Positions 56,795-64,000 of a stretch of DNA of 64,000 bases are shown here, in pieces (the stretch's first letter is position 1; every line of letters starts with the position of its first letter). Location: the NCBI GenBank assembly GCA_049651165.1, contig JBASBO010000216.1, forward strand, positions 192-64,191, read 5' to 3'. The notes beneath the pieces are model-generated. The model had not been told where the DNA came from. It worked only from the letters and a program-made list of their open reading frames with translations, and did not search any database. The stretch is from Xanthobacteraceae bacterium. GTDB lineage: Bacteria > Pseudomonadota > Alphaproteobacteria > Rhizobiales > Xanthobacteraceae. The position numbers and the translations under genes were made by a program.

Positions 56795-58252
56795 ATGCCG
56801 CAGAATCTTATCATCATCATGTCGGATGAACACAATTCGGGCTTTCTCGGCTTTCGAGGGCATCCGATCGTGCATACGCCGCATATGGACAGGCTTGCGG
56901 CCGACGGCGTGAGCTTTATCTCGGCCTATACGCCAAGTCCTGTCTGCGTGCCAGCGCGCGCGGCTTTTGCGACCGGAAAATACGTTCACGACATCAGATT
57001 CTGGGATAATGCGATGCCGTTCGACGGGTCGGTTCCCAGTTGGCACAGTCTGCTCCGCGAACGCGGACATCGGGTCGTTTCGATCGGCAAGCTGCATTTT
57101 CGCTCCAGCGATGACGACAATGGATTTTCCGAAGAACAGGTCGGAATGCATGTCGTCGATGGTCAGGGGGACTTGCTTGGCCTGATCCGCGACGAGGATA
57201 TGCCCAAACGCAAGGGCGCTTATAAAATGGCGCGCATGGCAGGACCGGGCGAGTCGATGTATACGACCTACGATCGCGACATCACCGCCCGAGCTCAAGT
57301 CTGGCTCCGTGAGGAAGCCAGGCGATACACCGATAAGCCGTGGATTCTGTTTGTCTCCCTGGTGTGTCCGCATTTTCCTCTGACCGCGCCCCCCGAGCAT
57401 TTCTATCGTTATTACGATCAGGACCTGCCGTTACCGAAGCTGTACGACGAGCGGAAGAAGCGGCAGCATCCCTATATCGAGGACTATCGCCGCTCCTTTG
57501 CCTATGACGATTTCTTTGAAACACCGGAGATGGTGAAGCGCGCGCAGGCTGGATACCTCGGTCTGTGCTCGTTTCTCGACGAAAATATCGGCAAGATCCT
57601 CCAGGCGGCCAGGGATGGCGGCTGGATCGAGAATACCCGTGTCGTCTACACCAGCGATCACGGCGACAACGTCGGCAGCCGCGGGCTGTGGGGCAAGTCG
57701 ACGATGTACGAAGAGTCGGTCGGAGTGCCGCTCATTGTTGCAGGGCCGGGGTTTTCCGGCGGCCGGGAAGTGACGACACCGACGAGTCTGCTTGACATCT
57801 ATCCGTTCATCTTCTCGACAGTCGGCGCCGTCGACGATGAAACGGTGACCTCGGCGCATCCGGGAACGGATCTTGATCGGCTGTCGTGTGGGCAGCAGGC
57901 CGATCGTGCCGTGTTCTCCGAGTACCACGGCATGGGTTCGAAGTCGGCCGCCTATATGATCCGGAAAAATCGCTACAAGCTGGTCTACTATACGGACTAT
58001 CCGGCACAGCTCTTTGATCTCCGTGCGGATCCCGAAGAACTGGTCGACATCGCCGGCCTTTCGTCTTCGAAAGGGGTGATGCGTGACTTGATGGCGGAGT
58101 TGCTCAAGGTTTGCGATCCTCAGGCAACGGATATCGAAGCCAAGGCCACACAGGGCGAATTGCTCGTACGCGTGGGCGGCAAGGCGCGTGTTATCGCGCG
58201 CGGCGATCTGGGCTTCAGCGTTCCCCCGGGGATTCGTCCAAACTTTGATTAG
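56795..58252 (+). CDS. sulfatase (formylglycine-dependent type I, choline-sulfatase-like architecture), no signal peptide
   Basis: Start MPQNLIIIMSDEHN (atg 56795). The active-site C-x-P-x-R is present (SPVCVPARAAFATGKY, Cys codon 56945-56947). YTSDHGD and LFDLRADPEEL motifs are shared with BetC-type sulfatases. Confidence 0.88.
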   Translation: MPQNLIIIMSDEHNSGFLGFRGHPIVHTPHMDRLAADGVSFISAYTPSPVCVPARAAFATGKYVHDIRFWDNAMPFDGSVPSWHSLLRERGHRVVSIGKLHFRSSDDDNGFSEEQVGMHVVDGQGDLLGLIRDEDMPKRKGAYKMARMAGPGESMYTTYDRDITARAQVWLREEARRYTDKPWILFVSLVCPHFPLTAPPEHFYRYYDQDLPLPKLYDERKKRQHPYIEDYRRSFAYDDFFETPEMVKRAQAGYLGLCSFLDENIGKILQAARDGGWIENTRVVYTSDHGDNVGSRGLWGKSTMYEESVGVPLIVAGPGFSGGREVTTPTSLLDIYPFIFSTVGAVDDETVTSAHPGTDLDRLSCGQQADRAVFSEYHGMGSKSAAYMIRKNRYKLVYYTDYPAQLFDLRADPEELVDIAGLSSSKGVMRDLMAELLKVCDPQATDIEAKATQGELLVRVGGKARVIARGDLGFSVPPGIRPNFD

Positions 58253-58345
58253 AGCGTGATTCCAAAAAAGAGGGGGCCGCTTTCCTGCTCTGGCGGTCGC
58301 GCTAGCAACGACGGGCGTCGTTGGCGGCAATGCTGCGATAGCCGA

Positions 58346-59941
58346 TTAGTTGCGGCCACCGATCAGTCCGCGCGCGATCACTTGCGCCTGAATCTCAGCC
58401 GCTCCCTCGAAGATGTTGAGGATGCGGGCATCGCACAGGACTCGGCTGATTTCGTATTCCAGCGCATAGCCGTTGCCGCCGTGAATCTGCAAGGATGCGT
58501 CGGCATTCGACCAGGCCGCACGGGCTCCCAGCAGCTTGGCCATTCCCGCTTCGATATCGCAGCGCTTGCCTGAATCCTTGGCGCGCGCCGCGGCGTAACT
58601 CAGTTCGCGCGCGGCGACAAAATCGACCAGGCTTGCAGCCAGCTTGTCCGAGACGCGGGCGAAGTGAATGATGGCTTTGCCGAACTGCTTGCGGTTGAGC
58701 GCATAGTCCAGACCCAATTCGAGTGCGCGACGGGCGACGCCGACGGCGCGTGCCGCGGTCTGGATACGCGCGCCTTCGAACGTGCGCATCAGTTGCTTGA
58801 AGCCCTGACCCTCCTCGCCGCCAAGCAGGGCATCGGCCGGCGCGCGCATGCCGTCGAATTGCAGCGCGTATTCGCGCATGCCGCGATAGCCGAGCACCTC
58901 GATTTCGCTTCCGCTCATCCCCTCGGCGGGGAACGGATCGTCCGCCGTGCCGCGCGGCTTGGGCACCAGCAACATGGAAAGGCCGGCATAGCCCTTGGCG
59001 TCCGGCAAGGTCCGCGCCAACAGTGTCATCAGATCGGAGCGGCTGGCGTGCGTGATCCAGTTCTTGGCGCCGTCGATCACCCATTCGCCGGTGGTGTCCC
59101 GCCTCGCGCGCGTCTGCAACGAGCCGAGGTCGGATCCGGTGTCCGGTTCGGTGAATACGGCGGTGGGCAGCACCTCGCCGCTGGCGATCCTGGGCAGCCA
59201 ATGGGCTTTCTGCGCATCCGTACCGCCCATGACGATCAATTCGCCGGCGATTTCCGAGCGCGTGCCCAGCGAACCGGTGCCGATCCAGCCTCGCGACAAT
59301 TCCTCAGTGACCAGGCACATCACCAGCTTGTTGAGACCGAGCCCGCCATACGCCTCGGGAATGCAGACTCCGAACGTCCCGAGGTCGGCCATCGCCTGCA
59401 CGATCTCGTCGGGAACGAGATCGTTCGCCAGATGCCATTTGTGCGCGTTGGGGATGATCCGTGTGTCGGTGAAGCGGCGATACTGGTCGCGGATCGCGTC
59501 GAGGTCCGTATCGTGCAGCGTCTCGCTCGGCCATCGGCCCCGCGCCAGCGCGGCGACCAGTTCGCTGCGCATGTCCGACAGGTCTTCTTCAAGCAAGACC
59601 GCGCAGGCGTCGGCCAAAGCGCGTCCCGCCGCGCCGATTCCCAAATCGGCGGGACGTACCAATTCATTCTGCCCCATCGGCAGTCCGCCGACCAGTTGGC
59701 CGATCGTCTCTGTGAAGGCGAGCCGCACGACCATCCGGTCGAGCGGGTTGGCGCCATTGCCGGCTTCGGCCCATTCCAGCAGCGCATCGAGCGCGGCGAC
59801 GCTGGTTGCGATCCATGCAAAGCCGTGCGCGGCGCGCTGCTGCGAGTCGATCGGCTTCACGGCCAGTCGCTGCGCAAGCGCCGCCTGCGCCGCGGCCCGA
59901 TAGGAACGCGCGGCGTCCAGCGCCTGCTTCAGATCCGTCAT
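58346..59941 (-). CDS. long-form acyl-CoA dehydrogenase (531 aa, ~150-aa N-terminal extension)
   Basis: The ACAD core starts around FRRFTDTRIIPNAHKWHLANDLVPDEIVQAMADLGTFGVCIPEAYGG. FTEPDTGSDLGSL and IFEGAAEIQAQVIAR motifs. The N-terminal ~150 aa form an extra helical region. Confidence 0.88.
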   Translation of the reverse strand: MTDLKQALDAARSYRAAAQAALAQRLAVKPIDSQQRAAHGFAWIATSVAALDALLEWAEAGNGANPLDRMVVRLAFTETIGQLVGGLPMGQNELVRPADLGIGAAGRALADACAVLLEEDLSDMRSELVAALARGRWPSETLHDTDLDAIRDQYRRFTDTRIIPNAHKWHLANDLVPDEIVQAMADLGTFGVCIPEAYGGLGLNKLVMCLVTEELSRGWIGTGSLGTRSEIAGELIVMGGTDAQKAHWLPRIASGEVLPTAVFTEPDTGSDLGSLQTRARRDTTGEWVIDGAKNWITHASRSDLMTLLARTLPDAKGYAGLSMLLVPKPRGTADDPFPAEGMSGSEIEVLGYRGMREYALQFDGMRAPADALLGGEEGQGFKQLMRTFEGARIQTAARAVGVARRALELGLDYALNRKQFGKAIIHFARVSDKLAASLVDFVAARELSYAAARAKDSGKRCDIEAGMAKLLGARAAWSNADASLQIHGGNGYALEYEISRVLCDARILNIFEGAAEIQAQVIARGLIGGRN

Positions 59942-59943
59942 GG

Positions 59944-61173
59944 TCAGGCGGCCCGCTCAAAGACCGCGGCAATGCCCTGTCCGCCGCCGATGCACATCGT
60001 TTCCAGCCCGTAGCGCCCGTTGCGCCGCACCAGCTCGCGCGTCAGGTTGGCCAGGATGCGTCCGCCGGTCGCGCCGATCGGATGGCCGAGCGAGATGCCC
60101 GAGCCGTTGACATTGAGAATCTCATGGCGGCTGTCGTCGCCGCTCCAGCCCCAACCCTTGAGACACGCCAGCACCTGCGGCGCGAAGGCTTCGTTCAGTT
60201 CGACGAGGTCGATGTCCTTCCAGGACAGGCCGGTTCGCGCGAACAGACGTTCCACCGCCGGCACCGGGCCGATGCCCATGCGGCTCGGATCGCAACCCGC
60301 CGCGGACCAGCCATGGAACCAGGCGATGGGTTCAAGACCGAGTTCTTCCAGCTTCTCCTCCGCGACCACAAGGCAGGCCGCGGCCGCGTCATTCTGCTGG
60401 CTGGCATTGCCGGCCGTGACCACCGCGCCTGGAATGGTCTTGGCCTCGATCGGTTTCAGGGCGCCGAGCGTCGCCATGCTGGCGTCGGCGCGATAGCCCT
60501 CGTCATGGGCGAACACCACCGGATCGCCCTTGCGCTGCGGAACCGGCACCGGAACCAGTTCGTCGTCGAACAGGCCGTTCTTCCATGCCGCGGCCGCGCG
60601 CTGATGCGAGCGCACCGCGTAGGCGTCGCAAGCCTCGCGGCCGATCTGATAGTCGCGCGCGAGATTCTCGGCGGTTTCGATCATGCCGGAGATCGCGCCG
60701 AAGCGTTCGATCGGCTGTGACATCAAGCGGCCGCGCGTCAGGCGATCATGGAGCATCATGCCGCCGCCACGCGAGCCGCGGCGCGCCTCGACGGTGTAGT
60801 ATTCGACATTGGACATGGACTCGACGCCGCCCGCCACGACCACATCCGATGCGCCGGTCTGCACCATCATGGCGGCGTTGACGACGGACTGTAGACCGGA
60901 TCCGCAGCGACGGTCGAGCTGATAGCCCGGCACGTCGAGCGGCAAACCGGCCGCCAGCCACGACCAATGCCCGATCGCCGGCGCCTCGCCATTGCCGTAA
61001 CCCTGCGAGAAAACCACGTCGTCGACCCGCGCGGGATCGATCCTGGTGCGCTCCATCAAAGCCTTGAGGACAACCGCGCCCAGTTCACCGGCATTCAGCG
61101 ACGCAAGACTGCCGCCGAACTTGCCGACGGCAGTGCGGATCGGAGAAACAATGGCAGCGCGACGCAAAGTCAT
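59944..61173 (-). CDS. acetyl-CoA C-acyltransferase (thiolase)
   Basis: AIVSPIRTAVGKFGGSL, LDRRCGSGLQSV (active-site Cys), NASQQNDAAAA, NGSGISLGHPIGATG and CIGGGQG motifs. Confidence 0.92.
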   Translation of the reverse strand: MTLRRAAIVSPIRTAVGKFGGSLASLNAGELGAVVLKALMERTRIDPARVDDVVFSQGYGNGEAPAIGHWSWLAAGLPLDVPGYQLDRRCGSGLQSVVNAAMMVQTGASDVVVAGGVESMSNVEYYTVEARRGSRGGGMMLHDRLTRGRLMSQPIERFGAISGMIETAENLARDYQIGREACDAYAVRSHQRAAAAWKNGLFDDELVPVPVPQRKGDPVVFAHDEGYRADASMATLGALKPIEAKTIPGAVVTAGNASQQNDAAAACLVVAEEKLEELGLEPIAWFHGWSAAGCDPSRMGIGPVPAVERLFARTGLSWKDIDLVELNEAFAPQVLACLKGWGWSGDDSRHEILNVNGSGISLGHPIGATGGRILANLTRELVRRNGRYGLETMCIGGGQGIAAVFERAA

Positions 61174-61185
61174 GGGTAGTCTCCA

Positions 61186-62382
61186 TTAGCTGATGCCGAC
61201 AATGCCGGCGTCGATCAGACGGGCGATTTCAACGGAGGAAAGCGAGAGGCGTTCGGTAAGGACCTGCTCGGAATGCTGGCCGTTGCGGGGGGCGGGACGC
61301 GGCGCGCGCCGCTCCAGTTGCGGCACCGTCGCAAACGAGCCTGCCCCCGGATAGGCGAAGCCGCTGGGGTTCTCCACCGCACCGAATATCGGGTTGTTCG
61401 CGACCAGTTCGGGGTCGCTGGCGGCATCGAGCATGGTGCGATAGGCCGAATGGACCACGCCGCCTGCATCGAGCGCCGTAACCAGTTCGGCATGAGTCCG
61501 TGCGCCGATCGCCCGATCGAACAGCGGGAACAGTGCATCGCGATGCGCGAAGCGCAGGCCGTCGTCCCTGGCAAAAGAGACGCCGCGCTCGGCTTCGATG
61601 GCCGCGACCGCCTGCTGGAGACTGAGCGCCGCGAGCAGGTTCGACCATTGGCGATGCGTGACGACCACGATCATCGTACGAACGCCATCGGCGGTCATGA
61701 AATCGCGGCCGAAAAGACCGTAGACCGTATTGCCGAGTTGCGGGCGGTTCGCGCCCTCATACAGGACTTCGGCGATGCCGCCCAGATTGGCCGCGGTGCC
61801 GATCGCCACATCGGAAAGCGGAATCCGCACCTCGCTTCCGGCCCCGGTTTCCGACCGGCGGCGCAGCGACGCGAGCAGCGCGAACGCGGCGTAGGCTCCC
61901 GAGAGCAGGTCCCATGCCGGCAGCACATGGTTCACCGGCTCCGGCCCCGCGCCTGTCATCATCGGATAACCGACGGCGTTGTTGACCGTATAATCAAGCG
62001 CGGGAGTGCCGTCCGCCCAGCCCATGATCCGCACGGTGATCAGGTCGGCCCGCCCTTCGGACAGCACGTCATGGGCCATGAAGCCCTTGGCGGGAAAATT
62101 GGTGATGACCTGTCCGGTGCCGCGGATCAGCGCCTGCAACAGTTCGCGACCCTCGGGGCGCCCGAGATCCAGCGCCAGCGATTTCTTCGCCCGGTTGAGA
62201 TTTTCCCAATAAAGAGAGTCGTTGTTGGCGGTCACCGGCCAGCGGTGGAAGTCCGGCCCGCCACCGATCTGGTCGACACGGATCACCTCCGCGCCGAACT
62301 GCGCGCAATAGAGTCCCGCGCTGGGTGAGGCGACAAAAGACGACGCCTCGATCACCGACAGACCCGAGAGCAGATCATACAT
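61186..62382 (-). CDS. family III CoA-transferase (CaiB/BaiF family)
   Basis: Start MYDLLSGLSVIEASSFVASPSAGLYCAQFGAEVIRVDQIGGGPDFHRWP (cat 62380-62382). The ORF-track extension to 62574 is Arg/Ala-rich and was not accepted. The RBS is weak, so the start is tentative. Confidence 0.83.
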   Translation of the reverse strand: MYDLLSGLSVIEASSFVASPSAGLYCAQFGAEVIRVDQIGGGPDFHRWPVTANNDSLYWENLNRAKKSLALDLGRPEGRELLQALIRGTGQVITNFPAKGFMAHDVLSEGRADLITVRIMGWADGTPALDYTVNNAVGYPMMTGAGPEPVNHVLPAWDLLSGAYAAFALLASLRRRSETGAGSEVRIPLSDVAIGTAANLGGIAEVLYEGANRPQLGNTVYGLFGRDFMTADGVRTMIVVVTHRQWSNLLAALSLQQAVAAIEAERGVSFARDDGLRFAHRDALFPLFDRAIGARTHAELVTALDAGGVVHSAYRTMLDAASDPELVANNPIFGAVENPSGFAYPGAGSFATVPQLERRAPRPAPRNGQHSEQVLTERLSLSSVEIARLIDAGIVGIS

Positions 62383-62681
62383 GGCAACCGCACCCCGGTC
62401 CGTTGGCTTTGCATCCGCGCGGCATGTGCCCGGCGATCCGCGGAGCAGCGGCCGGAAGGCGCGCCGCATGGCCGAGCCCGCCGGCTGCATGTGCGCTCCG
62501 GTCGATGTTGGTGCCTGAGGCGCCGCAGGTCTCAGGCACCCAATCTCTATGACCTCACGTTCGACAGGAATCAAGCGCCGACGGACAGTTTGCCGATTGG
62601 GCGACCATGGCGCTCACGAGGCTCATGGCTTCCGCTCGCCGCCCGCGACCTCCCTGAACGGATGGTGGCCGCGGATGACGG

Positions 62682-63176
62682 CTATTGAATAAGCCCGTCG
62701 CGCAAGCTCAGGCGCCTCGTGTCGCGATAGGGATGAGCGAGGCCGGCCTCGGCATGGATCTCGACGATCCAGAGGCCGTCACGCAATTCGATCGGCGATG
62801 AGAGCGAGCCGTCTGCTTGCGGTATCAGAACGACATCCTGATCTTCGGCCTCGTAGGCCGGGCGGCGGAAACTCGCAGTCGCGCGCCTCGCGGCCACCAC
62901 GTTTCCGGCTTTGTCAACGAGGCGATAGCTGACCTTGCCGCCGGCTACGACAAGCTCCGAGGTCCAGCCGAGCGCCGCTTGAGCGCGGCCTTCCGCCGAC
63001 TTCTCGTTGAACTTCTGGCTGGCCACATAGGTGTTCTCGGCCACGATCCCGGTCCAGCTCGAACGCGCGAGAAAAGCCATCGTCAGGTTCACCGAAATGA
63101 TGACTGAAAAGAAGGTCACCATGATGGCCAGCATGTGCCGGCCGGTAAATTCGCGCGTTCCGTCCGCCATGCTCAT
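62682..63176 (-). CDS. fixH: FixH family protein (cbb3 oxidase maturation)
   Basis: Start MSMADGTREFTGRHMLAIMVTFFSVIISVNLTMAFLA (cat 63174-63176) in an ATGA overlap with the fixG stop. Single TM followed by the YVASQKFN... FixH domain. Confidence 0.8.
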   Translation of the reverse strand: MSMADGTREFTGRHMLAIMVTFFSVIISVNLTMAFLARSSWTGIVAENTYVASQKFNEKSAEGRAQAALGWTSELVVAGGKVSYRLVDKAGNVVAARRATASFRRPAYEAEDQDVVLIPQADGSLSSPIELRDGLWIVEIHAEAGLAHPYRDTRRLSLRDGLIQ

Positions 63177-64000
63177 TTGCTCATCTCCGGCGCATCGAAT
63201 GTGGCTTCGTAGCGATCGTTCTCGGCGCTCGCCTTGTCCTTCACCTCGAAGGTGAAATGCTTCGCCGGACCGGCGACGGCTTCGCGCGGCTGGCGCACGA
63301 AGACCTTGAGCGTCTTGAGCCTGTCCGGATCGACTTCGACCGCGAAGGAGCGGTCTGCCGGATGATCCATCCCGACCACGCTCATCTCCGCTCCCGGCAG
63401 CCCTTGCAGGGTTACGATGATGGTGCGGGGTTCGGGGATCATGTTGAGAAGTTTCACCGTGTAGCCGTTGCGGATCGAACCGTCGGAGAGAACGACGAAC
63501 TGCGGATTGCGGTCCGCCAGCACGTTCACTTGCAGCCGATCGCGCGTGAGCAGCGCATAAAGCAGGCCGAGGCCGACCAGCGACCACGCCGCGAGATAGA
63601 TCAGGGTGCGCGGCCGCAGCAGCTTTCGCACATGGAACGTCGTGACCTTGTCCGACAGCTTGCCGTCGGCGGTGTGCACCCTGCCCGGATCGATGGCGGA
63701 CGTGCCGCCCATCGTCGCCAGCGCCATGTTGGACTGATACTCCGCCAGCGTCGCATATGCGATCAATCCGCGATCCTTGCCGATCTTGTCCATCACGCTG
63801 TCGCAGGCATCGATACATAGGGCGCAGGTTATGCACTCAAGTTGCTGTCCGTCGCGAATATCGATGCCCATCGGACAGACGGCGACGCAGGCGTTGCAGT
63901 CGACACAGTCGCCGACGGCCTGTCCCGCGGCGGCCGCCTTCTTGGCGTGACGCGTGCGTGGCTCGCCGCGCCAGTCGTTATAGGTGACGGTGAGCGAGTT
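63173..64000 (-). CDS. fixG: cytochrome c oxidase accessory protein FixG/CcoG, C-terminal part (gene continues beyond the window end)
   Basis: The frame stays open to 64000. Translation reads ...GDCVDCNACVAVCPMGIDIRDGQQLECITCALCIDACDSVMDKIG (two 4Fe-4S ferredoxin motifs), followed by a TM segment and an Ig-like C-terminal domain. Confidence 0.88.
   Translation of the reverse strand, partial: NSLTVTYNDWRGEPRTRHAKKAAAAGQAVGDCVDCNACVAVCPMGIDIRDGQQLECITCALCIDACDSVMDKIGKDRGLIAYATLAEYQSNMALATMGGTSAIDPGRVHTADGKLSDKVTTFHVRKLLRPRTLIYLAAWSLVGLGLLYALLTRDRLQVNVLADRNPQFVVLSDGSIRNGYTVKLLNMIPEPRTIIVTLQGLPGAEMSVVGMDHPADRSFAVEVDPDRLKTLKVFVRQPREAVAGPAKHFTFEVKDKASAENDRYEATFDAPEMSK

Noticed and set aside
57041-57054. 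Sigma-54-like element TGGCAC-agtc-TGCT
   Set aside because: The GG-to-GC spacing is one nucleotide short of the -24/-12 consensus. The site lies inside the sulfatase coding sequence with no downstream gene start. Most likely a chance match.

Overview
High-GC alphaproteobacterial chromosome segment. Gene content, synteny and intergenic repeats look Bradyrhizobiaceae-like (Bradyrhizobium/Rhodopseudomonas/Afipia type). That assignment is inferred from protein sequences, not from a search. Positions 1-23.7 kb are conserved housekeeping core: ihfB-sppA-rpsA-cmk-aroA, tRNA-Ala(GGC), a DUF1150/Hsp20 pair, ugpBAEC, ilvD, and the ptsN-hpf-rpoN-lptB-lptA-lptC-rnd block. Positions 23.7-62.4 kb are a run of metabolic, accessory-looking operons, listed here in order. 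(1) LLM oxidoreductase, a branched-chain amino-acid binding protein and a kinase-like/P-loop fusion. (2) An enoyl-CoA hydratase/nitronate monooxygenase/2x acyl-CoA dehydrogenase operon. (3) An MFS/PRC-barrel/GDE-type glucosidase/ABC exporter operon divergent from a GT4 glycosyltransferase. (4) A GMC oxidoreductase + aldehyde dehydrogenase pair. (5) A split aconitase-X operon divergent from EthD-SDR-BCCP-biotin carboxylase-carboxyltransferase. (6) LysR-BKACE-2x binding protein-ABC-sulfatase. (7) A long ACAD-thiolase-CoA transferase operon. The window ends in fixH and a partial fixG. I found no rRNA, CRISPR array, transposase, integrase, phage gene or recognisable defence or toxin-antitoxin gene, and cannot point to a clearly new system of that kind. 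The best candidates for something undescribed are three. First, a DUF559 (Vsr-fold) endonuclease cassette bounded by 46-nt G-quadruplex-type inverted repeats, lodged inside the ugp operon. Second, the split-AcnX / three-component biotin carboxylase divergon of unknown substrate. Third, the neighbouring BKACE/ABC importer/cytoplasmic sulfatase module. Many long ORFs in the supplied track are antisense or out-of-frame shadow ORFs typical of high-GC DNA and were not called. Start codons were refined by eye from RBS and N-terminal sequence and are less certain than stops.
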